A stretch of 17,367 nt of DNA. It comes from Candidatus Undinarchaeales archaeon (lineage in GTDB: Archaea; SpSt-1190; JASMDC01). The translations under genes and the position numbers were made by a program. The stretch spans positions 1 to 17,367 of the forward strand of contig JASMDC010000059.1 of assembly GCA_030753015.1 (NCBI GenBank). Reading direction: 5' to 3'. Of the stretch, positions 1 through 7,596 are shown piece by piece (position 1 is the stretch's first letter; every line of letters begins with the position of its first letter). The notes under the pieces were generated by a model. The model did no database searches. It worked only from the letters and a program-made list of their open reading frames with translations, and had not been told where the DNA came from.

Positions 1-516
1 ATACGGGACTTCTTCCTCTCCCGGAAGGAGACCTTCGCCAACGATCAGGTCGGGAACCAGCGCCTGATGTACCAACTGGCCAACGTCCAGAAATCCATCG
101 AGCAATTGTACAAGCACCGGGAGAAGAAGGTGCTCATCCTTGCCCTCAACGACTCACGATCGGATAGCCAATGCCCGGAGGTCTCTGACATGGTGCCCCA
201 CGAGAAGAAGCTTTACGGAGCGCTCATCAAGATCCTCAACGAGCACCGCGACCAGTATTACGTCCCGCTCTTCAACGACGACAAGCGCGCGGGTTCGACG
301 CCGGTCCCCGCGAAAGACACCGCTCCTGTCCAGGTTGAAAGGAACGCCCCGACCGATGGTTTCATCAACGTGGAGTTCCTCACCGATGTGCCGAGAACGC
401 TAGGGATGGACGCCAAGGAGTACGGACCCTTCAGACGTGGTGAGCGGGCCCAGATCCCTGCGACCAACGCCGAAAACCTTATAAATAGAGGTAAGGCTAG
501 GTCGGCGGAGGCCTAA
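1..516 (+). CDS. gins15: DNA replication factor GINS subunit (Gins15/Gins51 type), 5'-truncated by window edge
   Basis: Frame is open from base 1 ([12 protein letters not shown]...). A-domain-like [21 protein letters not shown] and [10 protein letters not shown]; C-terminal B-domain [43 protein letters not shown]. Position directly upstream of rpl44e-rps27e-aIF2a-nop10 is the conserved archaeal context of gins15. Confidence 0.85.
   Translation: MRDFFLSRKETFANDQVGNQRLMYQLANVQKSIEQLYKHREKKVLILALNDSRSDSQCPEVSDMVPHEKKLYGALIKILNEHRDQYYVPLFNDDKRAGSTPVPAKDTAPVQVERNAPTDGFINVEFLTDVPRTLGMDAKEYGPFRRGERAQIPATNAENLINRGKARSAEA
471..488 (+). promoter_or_regulatory. Putative BRE+TATA promoter for rpl44e operon, embedded in 3' end of gins15
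   Basis: CGAAAACC-TTATAAA-TAG (purine-rich BRE, then TATA at 479-485), ~35 nt upstream of rpl44e ATG (519); GGAGG at 507-511. Confidence 0.6.
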
Positions 517-518
517 CG

Positions 519-794
519 ATGAGGTTCCCGAAGGAGATCAAGACGTACTGTCCTTTTTGCGATACTCACACTCTTCACGAGCTCAAGGAGGTCAAGAAGC
601 ACAAGCCGGGCGAGCTCACCTGGGGTCAGCGACAGTTCCGCCGCGTGCTCAAGGGCTACCGCGGATACCCGCGCCCTCTGCCCCACCATGAGAAGCCTAC
701 CAAGAGGAAGGACGTTCGTGTGTGGTGCAAGATCTGCAAGAAGGGCCATGGACGCAAGGCCATCCGTTCGAAGAAGTACCAGATTGGGAGGTAG
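519..794 (+). CDS. rpl44e: 50S ribosomal protein L44e (eL42)
   Basis: [20 protein letters not shown]...[17 protein letters not shown]...[19 protein letters not shown]: two CxxC pairs and L44e signature; conserved operon context. Confidence 0.97.
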   Translation: MRFPKEIKTYCPFCDTHTLHELKEVKKHKPGELTWGQRQFRRVLKGYRGYPRPLPHHEKPTKRKDVRVWCKICKKGHGRKAIRSKKYQIGR

Positions 795-799
795 TCATC

Positions 800-982
800 A
801 TGGAGCTCATTCCACGTCCAAAGACCAAATTCATCAAGGTAAAGTGCAAGTGCAAGAACGAGCAGATAATCTTCGGGAACGCAGCAAGCCAGGTGAAGTG
901 CCTCGTATGCGACGAGGTTCTCGCCGAGCCGCGTGGCGGCATGGCCAATGTCAAGGCAAAGGTGCTCGAGGTCCTGGAGTAG
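800..982 (+). CDS. rps27e: 30S ribosomal protein S27e
   Basis: Start reassigned to ATG 800 (GGAGGT SD at 787-792). MELIPRPKTKFIKVKCKCKNEQIIFGNAASQVKCLVCDEVLAEPRGG matches the S27e Zn-ribbon pattern. Confidence 0.96.
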   Translation: MELIPRPKTKFIKVKCKCKNEQIIFGNAASQVKCLVCDEVLAEPRGGMANVKAKVLEVLE

Positions 983-988
983 GCTCGG

Positions 989-1777
989 ATGCGTGTAAAG
1001 AAGGGATTCCCCAGTTCGGGCGACATCGTCGCTTGCACCGTGAAGAGCGTATCCTCCTATGCCGCCTTCGCCTCACTTGACGAGTACAACAACCATGAGG
1101 GCATGATCCACATCTCTGAGGTATCCACTAAATGGGTGAAGAACATCCGGGACCATGTCAAAGAAGGCCGCAAGATCGTATGCAAGGTCCTCTCCGTCGA
1201 TTCTAGGAAGGGCCATATCAACCTCTCGCTCCGCCGTATCACTTCAGCTCAGGAAAAGACCAAGCTCGAGGAGGTGTCCCAGGCCAACAAGGCCGAGAAG
1301 CTACTGGAGATGGTCGCCAAGGACATGAACGTTGAGCTCAATATCGCTATCGAGACGATAGCGATCCCCCTGGAGGACCAGTATGGTGCTCTCTACTATG
1401 CGCTCGAGGACTCTGTTGACAAGGGGGAGAAGGTCTTCACCGATGAGGGCATCTCGGCCGAATGGGCCAAGGCCCTGGTCGAGGTGGCCAAGAAGAACAT
1501 CGTCCCTCCGACCGTCACGATCTCCGGTGTGCTCACCCTTTCGAGCGAGATGCCTGCGGGCCTCGAAGACATAAAGAAAGCGCTCCTGGAGGCGGAGAAG
1601 GCGACAAAGGAAAAGGAGACGCAAGGTGAAGTAGTGGTCATCGCGGCACCCCGGTACCGCATCAAGATCACTGCTCCCGATTACAAGGTGGCCGAGTCGA
1701 CGCTCAAGCGGGCATCGGAAACGGCCATCAGCATCGTCACAAAGGCCGGCGGTTCAGGCGCCTTCCAAAGGAAATGA
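989..1777 (+). CDS. eif2a: Translation initiation factor 2 alpha subunit (aIF2alpha)
   Basis: N-terminal S1 domain with EGMIHISEVSTKWVKNIRDHVKEGRKIVCKVLSVDSRKGHINLSLRR; C-terminal APRYRIKITAPDYKVAE; context. Confidence 0.97.
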   Translation: MRVKKGFPSSGDIVACTVKSVSSYAAFASLDEYNNHEGMIHISEVSTKWVKNIRDHVKEGRKIVCKVLSVDSRKGHINLSLRRITSAQEKTKLEEVSQANKAEKLLEMVAKDMNVELNIAIETIAIPLEDQYGALYYALEDSVDKGEKVFTDEGISAEWAKALVEVAKKNIVPPTVTISGVLTLSSEMPAGLEDIKKALLEAEKATKEKETQGEVVVIAAPRYRIKITAPDYKVAESTLKRASETAISIVTKAGGSGAFQRK

Positions 1778-1962
1778 AGAAACTTCGCAAATGCTCGGAG
1801 TGCGGGACGTACACACTGCTCGAGGCTTGTCCCCGATGCGGTGGGGACGCAACTAGCCCGCATCCCGCGAGGTTCTCTCCCGACGATCCCTACGGTCGGT
1901 ACCGCCGTCAGCGAAAGAAGGAGGTTATGGTAGAACATGGTGACCCACCTGAACGTGCTTGA
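1774..1962 (+). CDS. nop10: H/ACA RNP protein Nop10
   Basis: LRKCSECGTYTLLEACPRCGG...PHPARFSPDDPYGRYR Nop10 signature; ATGA overlap with aIF2alpha stop. Confidence 0.96.
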   Translation: MKKLRKCSECGTYTLLEACPRCGGDATSPHPARFSPDDPYGRYRRQRKKEVMVEHGDPPERA

Positions 1963-2722
1963 ACGACCCAAGCTCACGAAACCCGTCCTTATCGAGGGAC
2001 TCCCCGGTATCGGGAACGTGGGCAAGGTCGTGGTGGAGTACCTCATCGAGATGCTCGGTGCGACCAAGTTCGCCGAGCTCCACTCCAGCCACTTCCCCTA
2101 TCACGTCTTCGTGGGGGACGACGACACCGTGGACCTCCCGACCAACTCGTTCTACTACTGGAAAAAGCAGAAGCGCGGGCAGCGCGACATCATCATCCTC
2201 ACCGGCGACATCCAGTCCATCACGCCTGAAGGCCACTACGAGGTAGTGTCCACGATCCTCGACCTCTGCCAGGAGCACAAGGTCAAGGACCTGATCACCA
2301 TCGGCGGGTTCGGGGTGCAGAAGATCCCCGACGTCCCCAAGGTCATCGGTGCCGTCACCGACACCAAGCTCAAGAAGAAGCTGAAGAAGAGCGATGTCAT
2401 CTTCAGCGGCGGCAATCGCGTGGGCTTCATCGTCGGCGCCTCCGGTCTCCTCCTCGGTCTAGGGAAGATCAGGGGCATCGAAGGCTGCTGCCTCATGGGC
2501 GAGACCGTGGGTGCCCAGCCGTTCTTCACCGACTCCAAGGCGGCCAAGTCCGTGCTGTCGGTCATAAACGACATTCTTAAGCTAAGGCTCGACATGGCGG
2601 GGATCGACGAAATGACCCAGGACATGGAGAAGGCCATCGGAAAGGCCAAGGAAATCCAATCCCGCATCATCGAGGAGATGGGCCGAGGTGGCCCCGCGGA
2701 AGAATTGCGTTATATCGGGTAG
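1937..2722 (+). CDS. PAC2-family proteasome assembly chaperone-like protein
   Basis: PVLIEGLPGIGNVGKV, IIILTGDIQ, ITIGGF, IVGASGLLLGLG...GCCLMGET, C-terminal LRYIG; typically follows nop10 in archaea. Confidence 0.92.
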   Translation: MVTHLNVLERPKLTKPVLIEGLPGIGNVGKVVVEYLIEMLGATKFAELHSSHFPYHVFVGDDDTVDLPTNSFYYWKKQKRGQRDIIILTGDIQSITPEGHYEVVSTILDLCQEHKVKDLITIGGFGVQKIPDVPKVIGAVTDTKLKKKLKKSDVIFSGGNRVGFIVGASGLLLGLGKIRGIEGCCLMGETVGAQPFFTDSKAAKSVLSVINDILKLRLDMAGIDEMTQDMEKAIGKAKEIQSRIIEEMGRGGPAEELRYIG

Positions 2723-2727
2723 GTCCG

Positions 2728-3129
2728 TTGGTCGATAAGACACTGAAAACCAAGCATTCGAAGAAAGGGGACTCGTTGCTGGGCTCCATCAAGAACCTGT
2801 GCGGTAAGATCCTTCCCAGTAAGAAGAGCGCTGCAAATGACATCATGGTGGACACGAAGGTATATACCTCAAACACCTACGAGAAGGCGCTGGCCTTCGC
2901 CCAGTCCCACGAGAACTTCACCCTCGAGGAGATCGAGATAGACACACAGTGTTCGCGACAGAGCCTGAAGAACCAGCTATCCTTCCTTGTTAAGGCCGGT
3001 GAGCTCGAGTCCGTGATGCGATGTGTGTTATGCGGTTACATCTTCCGTGATGGCGAGGACATCTGTCCCACCTGCCGGAAGCGGAAGAGGGCCCACGCCT
3101 ATCGCCTCAAGGTCAAGCGCGAGTACTAG
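2728..3129 (+). CDS. Putative winged-HTH plus Zn-ribbon protein (COG3357-like); start uncertain (TTG 2728 or ATG 2845)
   Basis: FTLEEIEIDTQCSRQSLKNQLSFLVKAGEL is wHTH-like, followed by CVLCGYIFRDGEDICPTC (two CxxC). Confidence 0.6.
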   Translation: MVDKTLKTKHSKKGDSLLGSIKNLCGKILPSKKSAANDIMVDTKVYTSNTYEKALAFAQSHENFTLEEIEIDTQCSRQSLKNQLSFLVKAGELESVMRCVLCGYIFRDGEDICPTCRKRKRAHAYRLKVKREY

Positions 3130-3150
3130 CTGGCTCACCCGTGAACGATT

Positions 3151-3161
3151 CCCTTTTATGC
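3151..3161 (+). promoter_or_regulatory. Putative TATA box for surface-protein gene
   Basis: TTTTATG at 3154-3160, ~22 nt upstream of ATG 3183, consistent with a leaderless/short-leader archaeal transcript. Confidence 0.4.
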
Positions 3162-3182
3162 TTTGGGTGGCCTCCGCACCGT

Positions 3183-5975
3183 ATGGTAAGACGGAGGAGT
3201 GTCGCGGTCCTGGTGGCCTTCCTGACGCTCCTCTCACCGGTCACCGGCGAGGACGAACCGACGTTCGACTCGACCGTCTTTCTGGCATCGCTCCTCCCCG
3301 GGACGATCGACTGCCCTCCGGGTATGGTCCGCGTTGACGCCTTCTGGGGGAGCTTCTGTATCGATCAGTACGAGGCGTCCCGCGACGATCGTATGTGGAC
3401 AGTGTCCATCGTGGGGGGGAGGCCATGGACCAATATAACCTGGGAGCGGGCGCGGTTCGTATGCGGGCTCTCCGGAAAACGCTTGTGCACTGGCAGGGAA
3501 TGGCTCGCTGCCTGTGACCTCCAGGGACAGAAGTACGACCTCACGCAAGAGGGTACAGCGGAGCGCTTCGATTGCCACACGTACTGCTCGAACTGCACGC
3601 TGGAGGCGGCCGCGAACCACGATACGGGCGCACACCCCGAGTGTCGGTCTGGATCGAACGCCTACGACATGGTCGGCAACGTTTGGGAGTGGACCGAAGA
3701 GACGGTGCCCGATCATGGCTGGGCAGGTTCTGAGCGTTCCGTGGGCGATGTGCTCGGCAAGGACCCCAAGCGTTATGGGAACGATCATGTCTACCCTCCG
3801 GTCGATAATACCGGGAAGGGGAACCCGGTCCGGCGTGGCGGCTCGTGGAGCACCATCTCCTTCCAGGGGGCCGAGCGGGCCGGATGCTTCTCGCTACATT
3901 TCGCGAACAGCGGGCCTGACGTGCGCACCGGCTACCGGTGCTGTTACGGCTTCGATCCGAGCCCGCTCCCCACGGGGACGCTCGCCGATGCATTAGAGGA
4001 TCGTAACAGCCGCTATCTGGAGGGCATGCGCCAGGGTATCGACCTCAGCCATGAAAAGCGGTTCCAGGAAGCACTGGTCGCCTTCGAGGACGCCCGCGCC
4101 ATCTCGCCAGCGAGCCCCGAGGCCAATAACGGCCGGGCGGTGGCGCTGGCCGGACTGGAACGTCTGGACGCGGCCATCGTAGTGGAGGACAGCGTCCTGG
4201 ACAACGATCCCGACGATACCTACGCGCTCGCCAACAAGGGCGTGTTCCTTATCCGTGCGAAACGATACGAAGAGGCCATCAACACCTACGACCACCTCCT
4301 CGAGCTCGTCCAGGGAGATGAGCGGGCAATCGGTAACTATGCGTACGCTCTCACCGCCATGCTCGCCGAGGCCACTGCAACACCTTCGCAAGTCCCTTCC
4401 CCGGAACCGCCTGCTCCCACACCCACCGCTGAGCCTACGCCGATCTCCGAGCCCACACCGACCGCCGAGCCTTCGGCCACGCCGACCGTGGAAGTGGTCG
4501 GTCCGTCACTCAAACCCTGTCTGGGGCACCGCATCCAATGCGAGGGGAAGTGCATTGATATCACGAGCGATCCCCGGAACTGCGGTGCGTGCGGAATATC
4601 ATGCATCGTCCCCAACGCCGCAGTGGGATGCTCGGGCGGCGTCTGTTCCCTCATCGACTGCATGCCCGGGTACGAAAGCTGTGACCTGCGTCGGAATACA
4701 GGGTGCGAGACCTTCGTTCGAACTGATCCTGGGAACTGTGGGGGATGCAGGAGGCGATGTCCTTTGGGGGAGGCGTGCGTTGACGGGGCCTGCATGGTGC
4801 TCACGGCAGAGCCCCTGGTGTCCGTGATCCCCCCGGAGGAGGTGTGCGAGGACGACAATCCCTGCACACGGAACGCGGGTGCGGACGGCGCCTGCGAGAT
4901 AGTCGCCGTCGACTGCGGCCACTCGTGCGGAGAGGGTCGCGTCTGCAACGGTGACACCGAGTGCGTCCCGCTCAGCGATATCGATGGGCCCTGTGCCTGT
5001 GCTGCCATGTGCACCCCGGGCCTGACCTGCACTTCCAGTGGCTGCAGCCGGGTCATCTCCTCGTGCGGTGATGGGCGGTGCGAGCCGGGCGAGTGCTCGG
5101 AATGCCCTGGCGACTGCTCCCCGACCCATTGCGCAGGGAACGGCCGGTGCGATGCCACGGTCGGCGAGACATGTGCCACCGCCCGCACCGACTGCCTCTG
5201 TGCCCAGGGCCTGGTCTGCAAGCCCGAGATCGAGGGCGCCCTGAAGAACGGGTGCTACGAGGTGGTGTGCGGTGATGGGAGCTGTGATTTCCCCGAGACC
5301 GCCGTCGGCTGCTGCCATGACTGTCCAAGCCCCGAGGGTTACGGTTGTCACGATGAATCCCAGATGTGCATGCTCACGTGCGGCAACGGTCAATGTAACG
5401 AGTGGGAATGCAATATCTGCACACAGGACTGCACCTGTGACGATTGTCGATGCTCTTTCACGATGAGCATAATCAAGAACATCGAACTGAAGGTGAACGA
5501 GAACCACAAGCATCTGTTCTTCATTCGCAACACGGGCATCATCCAGGACACCTACCATGTCGGTGTCACCTCCCCGATCGATACTGGCTGGCTCGGCGAG
5601 CGTACGGTGCAGCTCGAGCCGGGGGAGGACGAGGAGTTCACCCTCCATATCCGCCCCGAAGAGGCGGGGACATTCAGGATAACCGTTCACGTTGAGGCAC
5701 TGGGCACACACGATACGAAGGAGCTCTCGACCGTGCTCACCGTCTCCCGCCAGGGGGCCATGGACGAGGTGCTGGGCGGGCTGGCCCCGATCTTTGGGCT
5801 CAAGGACCTAGCAGAGATCATCATCATCACAGTCTCGCTCGTGTTCGCGGGCCGACGCTACCTGCAGTACCGACGGAACCTCGATGCGATGTCCCGACAG
5901 ACCCATGCGCTCGAACGGATGCGGGCAGAGACCCTGCATGGTGGAGGCCAAGCATATGCCAACAGACGCTATTGA
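3183..5975 (+). CDS. Large secreted, C-terminally membrane-anchored multidomain protein: FGE-sulfatase (CLec-fold) domain, TPR repeats, Pro/Thr linker, Cys-rich repeats, Ig/CARDB-like domain
   Basis: Start reassigned to ATG 3183 giving signal peptide MVRRRSVAVLVAFLTLLSPVTG. FGE-type motifs CPPGMV..FCIDQYEAS, KRLCTGREW, YDMVGNVWEW, RGGSW...GYRCC (~3312-3947); TPR-like helices (~4020-4360); PTPTAEP linker; Cys-rich 4518-5453; IRNTG...DTY beta-sandwich; TM LAEIIIITVSLVFAG followed by basic RRY. Confidence 0.85.
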   Translation: MVRRRSVAVLVAFLTLLSPVTGEDEPTFDSTVFLASLLPGTIDCPPGMVRVDAFWGSFCIDQYEASRDDRMWTVSIVGGRPWTNITWERARFVCGLSGKRLCTGREWLAACDLQGQKYDLTQEGTAERFDCHTYCSNCTLEAAANHDTGAHPECRSGSNAYDMVGNVWEWTEETVPDHGWAGSERSVGDVLGKDPKRYGNDHVYPPVDNTGKGNPVRRGGSWSTISFQGAERAGCFSLHFANSGPDVRTGYRCCYGFDPSPLPTGTLADALEDRNSRYLEGMRQGIDLSHEKRFQEALVAFEDARAISPASPEANNGRAVALAGLERLDAAIVVEDSVLDNDPDDTYALANKGVFLIRAKRYEEAINTYDHLLELVQGDERAIGNYAYALTAMLAEATATPSQVPSPEPPAPTPTAEPTPISEPTPTAEPSATPTVEVVGPSLKPCLGHRIQCEGKCIDITSDPRNCGACGISCIVPNAAVGCSGGVCSLIDCMPGYESCDLRRNTGCETFVRTDPGNCGGCRRRCPLGEACVDGACMVLTAEPLVSVIPPEEVCEDDNPCTRNAGADGACEIVAVDCGHSCGEGRVCNGDTECVPLSDIDGPCACAAMCTPGLTCTSSGCSRVISSCGDGRCEPGECSECPGDCSPTHCAGNGRCDATVGETCATARTDCLCAQGLVCKPEIEGALKNGCYEVVCGDGSCDFPETAVGCCHDCPSPEGYGCHDESQMCMLTCGNGQCNEWECNICTQDCTCDDCRCSFTMSIIKNIELKVNENHKHLFFIRNTGIIQDTYHVGVTSPIDTGWLGERTVQLEPGEDEEFTLHIRPEEAGTFRITVHVEALGTHDTKELSTVLTVSRQGAMDEVLGGLAPIFGLKDLAEIIIITVSLVFAGRRYLQYRRNLDAMSRQTHALERMRAETLHGGGQAYANRRY
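4416..4472 (+). repeat. Intragenic direct repeat encoding PTPTAEP linker (2 copies, 36-nt period)
   Basis: cccacacccaccgctgagcct (4416-4436) and cccacaccgaccgccgagcct (4452-4472). Confidence 0.7.
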
Positions 5976-7230
5976 TTCCGTATCATCGCTCGGAAAGGTC
6001 GCCCGGGACCTCGCCACGCAGGTCAGGGGCCGCGAGGCGGAGGTCGTCGGCCGGTACGGCGGCGCCCTCGGTACCGACGAGACGAAGCGCTATCTTCGCA
6101 CCCGGTCCAAGGCGGTCGAGCGCGTGGTATCGCTCGGTGCCGTGCTCGATCACAGTGACAACTGCCTGTACTACGGGGCGCTCTCACCCGGATGCGAGCT
6201 GTGCCGCAGAGGTTCGTGGGACTGCGTGTACGTGACACATGCATGCACCCGGTCATGCTTCTTCTGCGCTCAGTCCCGGACGAGCGCCACGCCCCTGCCC
6301 AACGTGGGGGGTGAGCACTTCACCGCGCCGGCGGGCCTCGTCGCCCACGAGCGTCGACGTGGGAACGACGGGTGCGCTCTCTCGGGGGGTGATCCCCTGT
6401 GCCGTCCGGATGACTCACTGGCCATGATCGAAGCGATGCGGTCGTCCTTCGGTCCATCGTTCCGCATCTGGCTCTACACCAACGGCGATCTCCTCACCCC
6501 CGACCTCCTCACCCGGCTCAAGGACGCCGGCCTCGACGAACTTCGCTTCAACATAGCGGGGAAGGGTTACGATGTCAAGGCGCTCGAGCTGGCCCGCGAC
6601 ATAATCGACCGGATCGCCGTGGAAATCCCCATGATACCCGAGGACGAGGAGCGGCTCAGACGCATGCTCCCGGTGTTCAAGGACGTCGGTGTCGACCACA
6701 TCAACCTCCATGAGCTCGTGTACACGCCCGACAACGTCGAACAGCTCAGCGAGCGAGGGTACCTGTGCATGACCGGCGCCTCGCCCATGGACCGGTACGT
6801 AGAGAACCGCCCCGTCCTTGGCAGCGAGCTGACCGCCCTTCGGCTGCTGGAGCACAACATCCGGTCTGGCATCCGGCTCCCGATCAACATCTGCACCTAC
6901 TGCTACAAGGTCAACGTCCAGATCCCGGCCCTACGCCGCCGCGATTCCCGGCTGGTGGTCCGGCCCCACGAGCGCGTCGGGTACGACGGGATGTGCGAGA
7001 CCCTGCTCGTCAAGGGCCCGCCGCCGCTCCTGACGAAGGTCGAGAGCTTCCTCCTGGGACGGGGGGTGGCGCGCGATGCCCTGCGTCGCCAGCGTGACCG
7101 GCTCTATGTCCACCCGCGCCATGCCCGTGACGTGAAGGAACTGGAGGGCCTTCCCGGTGTCGAGAGCGGACTGCTGCGGACGCAACCGACCCAGGGCCCG
7201 GAGCGCAATGACGTCGAGCTCAGGCTATGA
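5956..7230 (+). CDS. Radical SAM protein (COG2108-like, uncharacterised)
   Basis: Start reassigned to ATG 5956 (GGTGGAGG SD at 5940-5947). CxxxCxxC motif CTRSCFFC preceded by LSPGCELC; LSGGDP, LYTNG, LKDAGLDELRFN, VEIPMIP, INLHEL. Confidence 0.88.
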   Translation: MPTDAIDSVSSLGKVARDLATQVRGREAEVVGRYGGALGTDETKRYLRTRSKAVERVVSLGAVLDHSDNCLYYGALSPGCELCRRGSWDCVYVTHACTRSCFFCAQSRTSATPLPNVGGEHFTAPAGLVAHERRRGNDGCALSGGDPLCRPDDSLAMIEAMRSSFGPSFRIWLYTNGDLLTPDLLTRLKDAGLDELRFNIAGKGYDVKALELARDIIDRIAVEIPMIPEDEERLRRMLPVFKDVGVDHINLHELVYTPDNVEQLSERGYLCMTGASPMDRYVENRPVLGSELTALRLLEHNIRSGIRLPINICTYCYKVNVQIPALRRRDSRLVVRPHERVGYDGMCETLLVKGPPPLLTKVESFLLGRGVARDALRRQRDRLYVHPRHARDVKELEGLPGVESGLLRTQPTQGPERNDVELRL

Positions 7231-7545
7231 GCCCTGTCGAGAGCGGGGAGCAAGACGCACGCTACCATGGCCGAGCGCAAGCTCCACGGTGCGCCCGTAG
7301 ATCTTGACGATCCCGTCCCGGACCTCCACAACGTTCCCCAGGCGGAACCGCCCGGCGTCCTCACCCCACAGGACGAGCCTGATGCGGGGGCTGCCCTCCG
7401 GGTCCTCGATCTCGAGACGCTGGCGGGCGACCGTGCGGCCGTCCTTGGTGGTGACCTCCTTTGCAGGCTCCGACTTGACGATGCGGGCGCGTACGTTCAT
7501 GTCCACGGTGAACGGCTTGAGGTCGGCGACCCGGGTCCACTTCAT
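7225..7545 (-). CDS. ssb: Single OB-fold ssDNA-binding protein (SSB/RPA-like)
   Basis: VADLKP..NVRARIV....EVTTKDGR....IEDPEG..IRLVLWGEDA..FRLGNVVEVRDG.VKIY.RTVEL resembles archaeal RPA/SSB OB folds; AGGAG upstream of start on minus strand. Confidence 0.8.
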   Translation of the reverse strand: MKWTRVADLKPFTVDMNVRARIVKSEPAKEVTTKDGRTVARQRLEIEDPEGSPRIRLVLWGEDAGRFRLGNVVEVRDGIVKIYGRTVELALGHGSVRLAPRSRQGS

Positions 7546-7565
7546 GGACGTCTCTCCTATGGCAC

Positions 7566-7578
7566 AAGTTTAAGAATC
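7566..7578. promoter_or_regulatory. Putative shared TATA element between divergent ssb and helicase genes
   Basis: AAGTTTAAGAATC is the only AT-rich patch in the 51-nt intergenic region, centred at ~7571, midway between the two ATGs (7545 and 7597). Confidence 0.5.
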
Positions 7579-7596
7579 ATCCCGCGGGTGGCGGAC

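Noticed and set aside
3312-3947. Active formylglycine-generating enzyme or complete DGR
   Set aside because: Catalytic Cys pair absent and no sulfatase nearby; no template repeat or reverse transcriptase seen in the window.
4337-5711. Long antisense ORFs (294 and 370 aa) over the Cys-rich region
   Set aside because: Shadow frames expected in GC-rich DNA; no recognisable motifs.
7267-7596. 110-aa N-terminal extension of the helicase in the ORF track
   Set aside because: It is the antisense of a convincing OB-fold gene with its own SD; a TATA-like element sits just before ATG 7597.
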